Assembly: GCA_015523565.1 (NCBI GenBank)
Contig: WAKA01000107.1
Span: forward strand, 1-19,654
DNA: 19,654 bases
From: Candidatus Heimdallarchaeota archaeon
Lineage (GTDB): Archaea > Asgardarchaeota > Heimdallarchaeia > Heimdallarchaeales > Kariarchaeaceae
Direction: 5' to 3'
Of the stretch, positions 1 to 6,534 are shown piece after piece. Below the pieces are notes generated by a model. That model worked only from the letters and a program-made list of their open reading frames with translations. It searched no databases and was not told where the DNA came from. A program made the position numbers and the translations under genes. The number at the start of each line of letters is the position of its first letter. Position 1 is the stretch's first letter.

Positions 1-355
1 CAATAGAGTCAAATGATCTTGAGACATAGGATGTTTCAATTAAAGCAAGCGGAAAGACATATACAACAGGGTTTTCCTCATATTCACGGTATTCAGTAAG
101 CCTGAAGAGCTCTTCTTCCAATTTAAGTTGAATAAGCCCTTTTTCAAATGAATCTTTTGAATCTGGTGCTGGGATCGCATCAAGGATTTTCAAGTCTTCA
201 TTAAGCTCCTGTATCCGTTTTGTGATAAATTGAGGTGAATAGTCAGGCAATTGTCCATCATATTCATGTATTCCCAATATATGGGCAGTCATAGGGTTTG
301 CCTTGAGCCATCTGTTCACAATCGGCTTGAATTCATCACGGATGTTGAATTCCAT
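1..355 (-). CDS. DUF885-family protein, N-terminal part (runs off the window start; not in the ORF track)
   Basis: Manual translation from ATG at 355 is open to base 1: MEFNIRDEFKPIVNRWLKANPMTAHILGIHEYDGQLPDYSPQFITKRIQEL...EYEENPVVY. The NP-x2-A-x3-G-x-H-x-YD-x2-LPD-x-S motif and the later 'ENPxxY' match the DUF885 N-terminus as I recall it. Confidence 0.75.
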   Translation of the reverse strand, partial: MEFNIRDEFKPIVNRWLKANPMTAHILGIHEYDGQLPDYSPQFITKRIQELNEDLKILDAIPAPDSKDSFEKGLIQLKLEEELFRLTEYREYEENPVVYVFPLALIETSYVSRSFDSI

Positions 356-420
356 AAATGTACCATTATTATTGGGTTCTTAAAGATTTCATAGGGCTTT
401 TTTTAATGGGCACAATTGTT

Positions 421-480
421 CCTATATAATCCATATATATTAGGATGTAAATAAGTAATAGAGAAGTAATTCTCAGGAGA
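421..480 (+). promoter_or_regulatory. Putative TATA box(es) and SD for the surface-protein gene
   Basis: TATATAAT and TATATATT within 421-444, and GGAG a few nt before the ATG at 487, inside the divergent intergenic region. Confidence 0.35.
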
Positions 481-486
481 AGTCAA

Positions 487-1761
487 ATGAAATTAAAGAC
501 TAGAAACATGATAGCATTATTCTTGATGCTTGGACTGCTGTTTTCGGCAGGGTCGCATTACTTGACGGTAAAAGGTGATGGAGATGGCGACCAAACCGAT
601 ACAAACACAGATCACACAGATACTGGTGATGACCACACAAGTCATGCAGAAAATCAAACGGAAACAGATCATAGTGGTGAAAACCAGACCGATACTGAGC
701 GAGAAAACCACACAGACACTGAGCACACAGGGAATGATCATACGGACACCGAACACACGGGTGACAATGGTCATGAAGATGAAACTACAAAAAATGAAAA
801 TGATACGAAAAAGGAGATTGAGGAGAAAGGCAAAGCATTTGAAAGAGAGTATAAAATGGAGAAAAAGGATAAAGAATTCAAGATAGAATCAGAGGCAAAG
901 TCTGGAAACACCAAGGATAAAATCGAGGTGAAATTTGAGACTAATGGCAAATTGGAATTTGATCTCAAATATTATACTAAGGTTGATGACAACAAGACCA
1001 AACTTCGTTTCCGCTTTAAGATTGACAAGTTGATTGAATACATAGAAAATGGTACAGAGCCAGGATATCAACCAGGCGAAGAGGTAAATGTTGTCAGTTT
1101 GAAGGAAATTGGTTGGAAACCATTGGCATATACAACAGACAATACAACCGAAATAGTGACTGCAGAGACAGTTGACGGAATGTTTAAGTTGGTTGTGAAG
1201 TATTCCCCTTCATTGGTGCAGGATCGTAATTTCACATTGACACCAAATGCCTTGAAGATTGACATATATGTCAATAATTTCCCATATACAAATAATGGGT
1301 CAATGTTGGCCATTGAGACCAAATTGAAGACTGTTGCAAAAATGGAAATCAAAAATCAATCATTCGAGGAAGAGAATGGATTTTCAAAAGATGAGAAAGA
1401 GGTAGCATTGCAGGCGGGAGATTTTCAAGGCTATTTCTCATGGGCAGAATATGCCATAGCAGATGGAAAGACTGTTGCTGTAATTCCATCCAAGTTCATT
1501 GATGCAAGTGGTGAGGAAAATGACTTGGATGTAGGGGAGACAGCTTCAAAGATGTTCTTTGCATTTAACGCCACTGCACCCAAAAGTGTATATTGGGATC
1601 CAAAGTTGGGAGTTGTTAGTGTTTCAGCAATAGAGGCATTGAGCCAGATATTGCAGGGAGTTAATAGCAATCCCTCCTTTACACCTATAAGCACATGGGT
1701 AATGGTTGTTGCATTGCTTTCAGTTGGATTGATTTCAAGGAAATTAAGAAAAAGAAAATAG
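487..1761 (+). CDS. Secreted/cell-surface glycoprotein with acidic His/Thr-rich N-terminal repeat and C-terminal membrane anchor
   Basis: Signal peptide (MKLKTRNMIALFLMLGLLFSAG), D/T/H/E low-complexity region, 11 N-x-S/T sequons, beta-rich body ending VYWDPKLG, and C-terminal TM plus basic tail (TPISTWVMVVALLSVGLISRKLRKRK). Confidence 0.85.
   Translation: MKLKTRNMIALFLMLGLLFSAGSHYLTVKGDGDGDQTDTNTDHTDTGDDHTSHAENQTETDHSGENQTDTERENHTDTEHTGNDHTDTEHTGDNGHEDETTKNENDTKKEIEEKGKAFEREYKMEKKDKEFKIESEAKSGNTKDKIEVKFETNGKLEFDLKYYTKVDDNKTKLRFRFKIDKLIEYIENGTEPGYQPGEEVNVVSLKEIGWKPLAYTTDNTTEIVTAETVDGMFKLVVKYSPSLVQDRNFTLTPNALKIDIYVNNFPYTNNGSMLAIETKLKTVAKMEIKNQSFEEENGFSKDEKEVALQAGDFQGYFSWAEYAIADGKTVAVIPSKFIDASGEENDLDVGETASKMFFAFNATAPKSVYWDPKLGVVSVSAIEALSQILQGVNSNPSFTPISTWVMVVALLSVGLISRKLRKRK
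709..768 (+). repeat. Intragenic 30-nt tandem repeat encoding HTDTEHTG(ND/DN) x2, within a longer degenerate repeat (~590-790)
   Basis: CAC ACA GAC ACT GAG CAC ACA GGG vs CAT ACG GAC ACC GAA CAC ACG GGT: identical peptide, 6 of 8 codons differ synonymously. Confidence 0.8.
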
Positions 1762-1764
1762 ATA

Positions 1765-4700
1765 TTAGATTTTGATTTTCCCGTCCTCTTTCACATAAAA
1801 CACTGGGGGTTTTGCCCTGATTCTGCATTCTTCCAAGAATTCAAGAAGCGCAGGGTCTTTTTCCTGTTTTTTCTGTGCACGTTCGATTGCTTTTCGTATT
1901 CGATCAGAAATAGGATGCTGTGGAATTGATTCTGCAATTATTGCCCAAAGTTCATATGCATCCCTCCTTACGGAGGCATGGGAATGGTTCGCCGCCTTAA
2001 GTGATGCAGTAACTATTTTATCCAATGCTTTCACGATATCTGCTGGAATCGTTTTAAGGGTCGCAATTTTTTCCATTGATAGACGGATAACCTGCTTGGC
2101 AACCGCGCGAGACCCATAATCTTCTTCTTCAATCACAGGGGGAATGACCTTGAGTACTTCATCAATGAGCGTTAGATTCCTTTCAGATATGGTACCCATA
2201 AGATGAATACCAGTTTGCCTGATTTGGGGGCTTTTGTTCTTGATTAGTTTTTTACCTATATCAAAAAGCTCTTTGGCATAGGCTCTTTGTTTTTCGAGCA
2301 GTTTGTTTGCAAAGTCAAGGGAAACTTCCCTGACATGACCGTCTTGGTCATTAAGACCTTTTTTGAGCATGGGAATACTATCTTTCAGTCGATGGGGTTG
2401 GTTAAGCACACTTTGGAAGTAAGCATCAAATGCGGAAAGCCTTACATGCCATTTTGGTGATTCAGTGAGAGGAGACAATGTATTCAAGACATCGTCTACA
2501 AGTGTTCGGTTGTGTTTGCCTATGGCACCCAACGTTTCTATGACCTTGATTTGGATAATGTCATTTGGACTATCAACATGATCGATAACAAGCCTGTAAA
2601 TAGCTCGTCCCATTTCTGGGTTAACGTTAGCAAGTTCATTGAGAATTTCCAATGCAATTTCTTTTTGGAGTGTTGAACCTTTCTCAAGGGTTGTTTCTGC
2701 AATGAAATAAAGGTCGTCTGCAAAAGGGCTGTTCTTATGCATTGCCAGAGGAACAAAAGCTCTAAGGACATTCTCTTGAATTTTCTCGTTCTTGATTTTT
2801 TTCAAGACGGCTGAAAGAAATTCAAATGATTCTTTGTCATAATCTGTACTAGTCCTAATAAACTGTTCGACAACCTCTGTCATGGGGATTAAAAGTTCTT
2901 GGTTACCTTCAATATCATCAAGAATTGATTTTGCATAGGAGATAAGAATTGGAGAAACAGCAGGATATGTTTTGACAATATAAGAAAATCCTTTCAATGC
3001 TTCTGAACGGATCATAAGATCATTTTCCTGTAATGCATCTGTCAAAAGGGTTGCAAGTTCCCCCTCTTTGCCAGTATGAAAAGCCGCAAGGTTGGCAAGG
3101 ATTTTCGTGGCAGTCCTTTTTCTTGTCACGTCACTTGTCTGATAAAATGTGTGCAACATATCCAACAGGTTTGTGGAAAGACTTGGATTTGCACGTAGGA
3201 CTTGTCGGATGCCTTCAATCAGAACCGTCTTTTGTTTGCTTGTCAAGTCAGGTTGATTAAGTGCCTCCAAGAAAGTTGAAAGCAGAATGGTTCCCACATC
3301 AGAAAAATCACGTGTTGCTTGATTAATAAAATGGAAGATCTGTTCGGTCTCTTCACCGCTTCTTCTTGTCATTGCCCTGATAATGTATGAAAGCACTGCA
3401 CTTTTCATTTTTGGGCGGTCTTTCATGAGATATTGCAATGTCCTATTGGCTTCCCATGCGACAGATACCTCTGGGTCATAAATTTTACTGATGATAAGGT
3501 TTAACCCTTCCAGAACCTTGTTTTCCTTGAAAAATCGGAAGTAGTACCGTAGCGACCTCAAGGCAAAGAGTCGGACACCATGTGATTTGTCTTCCAAAGC
3601 ATCAATGATCATTTGGTAATACTCATTGTCTTCATTCTGCAGTCCCTTGACTACGGAAAGCAATGCCTGAGATGCGGCAATTCTGACTGCCTCATAAGGA
3701 GAATTCAGGGTTTCTTCCAAAATGGTCTTGAGAATGACATGGGAGGATATATCCTTGCTGACCTTTTTTCGAGCCAATTCAAGCATTGCTACCAAAGCCT
3801 TTTCAGATTTTATCTTTTGATAAAATTCCAGCCAGCCTTCAACATCGTCATATAATTTGGGAAGTTCCCAGACCAATCTTCTTTCCACAAGACCAGGAGG
3901 ATCAACAAGGATGATTGTAGCAGATACAAGGAGTATAAGATTTTGTACAATGAGAAAAATCAGAACTAGGCGTGGGTGACGATTCAGTCCATATGCACCA
4001 AGCACATTTATCTGCTGTAATTCAATTGGCAGGTTTGCATAGACTTCCAAAATACTTGCAATCACAACACCAAAGAGAACAAAAACAGGAAGGAAAAGGC
4101 TTAAGGCAGAAACCTTGAATCCACTTTCATTCCAGACTGCAAGCATTTCCTTAAGGGCACCACGACCCTTATTTAAAAGGGAAAGGACAAACACAAAACC
4201 CAACCCGACACCAGTTGAAAGAAAGCCAACAGTTGAAAGTTGGATTATGTCAGTAATATTATTGTAGACAAAGTAGGCAGTGGTCAGTAGGGCTTGAACT
4301 GCAAAGAGTACTAGAAAAGCACCTCCAAGCTCAAATTGTGGGATCATTCGGAAATTCCCTTTCTCATCCTTGAACTTAATTTTAGGCCATCCCAACTTGA
4401 AGAAATCATTTGCAAAGTTTTTCTTCCTTACCAATTTCAAGGTTAAAAGATCCTCTCCTAGACCAGATCCTGCAAGGGCACCTAAATTTATCATAGGGAG
4501 CATTATGGCCCAAAGCAACAAGGCAGTAATTAGACTAGTATCCAAAAATTTGATCAATAGAACAATAGGCAATAGATACAATAAGAAATAGGCTAATAAA
4601 GTGGCAATTATCCGGGAATGAACCTTTTTTGCCAAAGCCTCCATAAATGTTTCAATAACAAATTCTGCGGGGATTGCTGAATCCTCCCCCTCTTTTGACA

Positions 4701-5133
4701 AGGAATAAAATTCGAAAAGAGGATATACCAAAAGGAAACCTATTGAAATGAAAATCAAGAATCTTGAAAGAACACTGCTGGATGCTTCATTAAAAACTTC
4801 TATAGAGACAACAAAGAGGGTGACAAAGCCGATGGATACAAGTATGGAAAACATGAATAAGGAAACCATCCGTCCAAAGGACAGTTCATTAAGGTCAGAG
4901 ACACCAGCAGTTGACTTTACCTCTTCAGATGCGAATGAAAAAGCCCCAAGACTAATAATGATGAAGAGCATGGAACCAACAGCACTGACAAATATTTGGC
5001 TAAGGAATTGTTCGTCCTCTGTAAGAGCCAATATTGAGAAATATCCTGTAACAATTAAAAGACTGAGAGCAAGAGAGGTACGAGGGTTCACGGAATAATA
5101 TTTGGCTATATCAATTAAATCTTTTGTAATCAA
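1765..5133 (-). CDS. Polytopic membrane protein (~10 TM) fused to a long C-terminal HEAT/ARM-repeat solenoid
   Basis: About 10 hydrophobic segments in the first ~410 aa, then repeated HEAT motifs: LNSPYEAVRIAASQAL, LEDKSHGVRLFALRSL, LQENDLMIRSEALKGF, ESPKWHVRLSAF, LNDQDGHVREVSL, IKNKSPQIRQTG, ANHSHASVRRDAY. TTG start. Confidence 0.85.
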   Translation of the reverse strand: MITKDLIDIAKYYSVNPRTSLALSLLIVTGYFSILALTEDEQFLSQIFVSAVGSMLFIIISLGAFSFASEEVKSTAGVSDLNELSFGRMVSLFMFSILVSIGFVTLFVVSIEVFNEASSSVLSRFLIFISIGFLLVYPLFEFYSLSKEGEDSAIPAEFVIETFMEALAKKVHSRIIATLLAYFLLYLLPIVLLIKFLDTSLITALLLWAIMLPMINLGALAGSGLGEDLLTLKLVRKKNFANDFFKLGWPKIKFKDEKGNFRMIPQFELGGAFLVLFAVQALLTTAYFVYNNITDIIQLSTVGFLSTGVGLGFVFVLSLLNKGRGALKEMLAVWNESGFKVSALSLFLPVFVLFGVVIASILEVYANLPIELQQINVLGAYGLNRHPRLVLIFLIVQNLILLVSATIILVDPPGLVERRLVWELPKLYDDVEGWLEFYQKIKSEKALVAMLELARKKVSKDISSHVILKTILEETLNSPYEAVRIAASQALLSVVKGLQNEDNEYYQMIIDALEDKSHGVRLFALRSLRYYFRFFKENKVLEGLNLIISKIYDPEVSVAWEANRTLQYLMKDRPKMKSAVLSYIIRAMTRRSGEETEQIFHFINQATRDFSDVGTILLSTFLEALNQPDLTSKQKTVLIEGIRQVLRANPSLSTNLLDMLHTFYQTSDVTRKRTATKILANLAAFHTGKEGELATLLTDALQENDLMIRSEALKGFSYIVKTYPAVSPILISYAKSILDDIEGNQELLIPMTEVVEQFIRTSTDYDKESFEFLSAVLKKIKNEKIQENVLRAFVPLAMHKNSPFADDLYFIAETTLEKGSTLQKEIALEILNELANVNPEMGRAIYRLVIDHVDSPNDIIQIKVIETLGAIGKHNRTLVDDVLNTLSPLTESPKWHVRLSAFDAYFQSVLNQPHRLKDSIPMLKKGLNDQDGHVREVSLDFANKLLEKQRAYAKELFDIGKKLIKNKSPQIRQTGIHLMGTISERNLTLIDEVLKVIPPVIEEEDYGSRAVAKQVIRLSMEKIATLKTIPADIVKALDKIVTASLKAANHSHASVRRDAYELWAIIAESIPQHPISDRIRKAIERAQKKQEKDPALLEFLEECRIRAKPPVFYVKEDGKIKI

Positions 5134-5148
5134 ATTTGTCTTATTGTT

Positions 5149-5487
5149 CTATTTGGTTTTTGTTACATCAGGCAAGTTTACAGATACCGCAAGAGTCATT
5201 AAAATTTTAAGCTCGTCAATGGTAAGTTTGTTGTCCAGATTGGCTACATCAAAGGCATCTTTTAGCATTTGTGCTTTGAATTTTTTCAATATGTCAACCT
5301 CCTCAGGGGTGATTATCCCATCATCAAGGGCTTCCTTGAGTTTTTCTGTAAATTCTGCAAGAGAAACCTCTATGGTTTTCAGGATATTGTGTTCATCTTC
5401 AGTGATTTTGCCATCTTCAGCGGCCAGTTCAATAAACCTTTTCATGTTTAGAACAAAAAGCTCATCGGGTGTTAACTCTTTTTCCAT
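5149..5487 (-). CDS. Small acidic helical protein with three A-x-x-D-G/N-x-I/L-T-x-x-E repeats (TerB-like)
   Basis: AAEDGKITEDE, ALDDGIITPEE, ANLDNKLTIDE resemble the TerB-family ADG-x-I-x-x-x-E motif. ATG start with an AT-rich TATA-like element (TATATTTAAT) about 20-30 nt upstream. Confidence 0.7.
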   Translation of the reverse strand: MEKELTPDELFVLNMKRFIELAAEDGKITEDEHNILKTIEVSLAEFTEKLKEALDDGIITPEEVDILKKFKAQMLKDAFDVANLDNKLTIDELKILMTLAVSVNLPDVTKTK

Positions 5488-5525
5488 TATTTAGAATGCG
5501 GAAAAGAATTAAATATACATTTGCA

Positions 5526-6383
5526 TTAGCAATTTTCAGCTACATAGGCTGCTCCGAAATATCGTTTCTCATCCATGAGGAGGTCAATTTTCAAAGAGGT
5601 AAAACCAGCCTTTGAAAAGATAGTCATCCATTTGTCTGGACTTAACCAACCAGGATGGGGGCGGTATTCATAAAGCGGAACATTCCACCAACCTTTGAAA
5701 AGAGAAAACATTATTTCTAACGGCCAAGGTCTAGTTGCTGAGTATGGGGACCCCTCCCCCAAAACCAATGTCCCAGTTGGTTTCAGATGATTCTTGATCC
5801 ATTTCAATGCACCCACAATGTCATTTGCCACATGTAGGGCATTTGTGGCATAAATGACATCAAACAACTGATCTGTTTCAGGTAAGTTGTGTAGATCAAT
5901 AATTTGCGTATGCAATGGTAAATCAGGAGGAAGTTTCTTTTTGATGTCCTCTAGAAAATAAGGTTTTATGTCTGAAAAACAGAAAGTTTTTGCTTCTTTT
6001 AGGTATTGGCTTAATAGAAGTGTTGTGCCTCCAACACCACCGCCAATCTCAAGTACATCCGCACCCTTGATCAATGGGTGAACATATCCAGCAACCAATT
6101 CATTGAAAAAGTTCTGTGTACCATTGTTTCTGTTCCAATCTTCCCATAATTGCGAACCACCTTTCTTTATTATTTCACTCCCAGTTATATTTCCAGCAAG
6201 AAAATCCTTAAGATTTTCATCCAAAAGTCTAAGATATTCCAATGTTGGTCGGATTTCCTCAAGGTCGAACTGGGGTTCAGTTACTGGAACTGCTGGCAGG
6301 CTTTCCAAGATACGCTGGGCAGTATTGACCAAATATTGTGCTTCCAAAGCAAATTCTTGTGAAGGGGATATCCATCTCATCAC
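5526..6383 (-). CDS. Class I SAM-dependent methyltransferase, PKS C-methyltransferase-like (start uncertain)
   Basis: Motif I VLEIGGGVGGTT, FSDI, FDVIYATNALH, LKPTGTLVLGE, FSLFKGWW, LSPDKW...AGF. Frame is open upstream to 6512. Confidence 0.85.
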   Translation of the reverse strand: MMRWISPSQEFALEAQYLVNTAQRILESLPAVPVTEPQFDLEEIRPTLEYLRLLDENLKDFLAGNITGSEIIKKGGSQLWEDWNRNNGTQNFFNELVAGYVHPLIKGADVLEIGGGVGGTTLLLSQYLKEAKTFCFSDIKPYFLEDIKKKLPPDLPLHTQIIDLHNLPETDQLFDVIYATNALHVANDIVGALKWIKNHLKPTGTLVLGEGSPYSATRPWPLEIMFSLFKGWWNVPLYEYRPHPGWLSPDKWMTIFSKAGFTSLKIDLLMDEKRYFGAAYVAENC

Positions 6384-6534
6384 TTTTTCTGCAAGTTGAT
6401 GGCAGATAGGTTCAAGGTAATCATAATAAAGCGAAAGTTTTGTGACTGTTCTTTTACAGTTGATCAGATGTATTTTGCTTTCCTCCAGAATCTCATCAGG
6501 GAAGATGATATTTTAATATTGGGAAATGACTAGT

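Noticed and set aside
590-790. CRISPR-like or mobile repeat array
   Set aside because: Repeats are in-frame, degenerate at codon third positions, lack spacers, and no cas or transposase genes are present.
6460-6505. Minus-strand CUGAUGAG...GAAA (hammerhead-like core) and UGAUGA...CUGA (box C/D-like)
   Set aside because: No stem II closing pair before GAAA and no stems I/III; the 25-nt C-to-D spacing fits neither one guide nor a full C/D sRNA.
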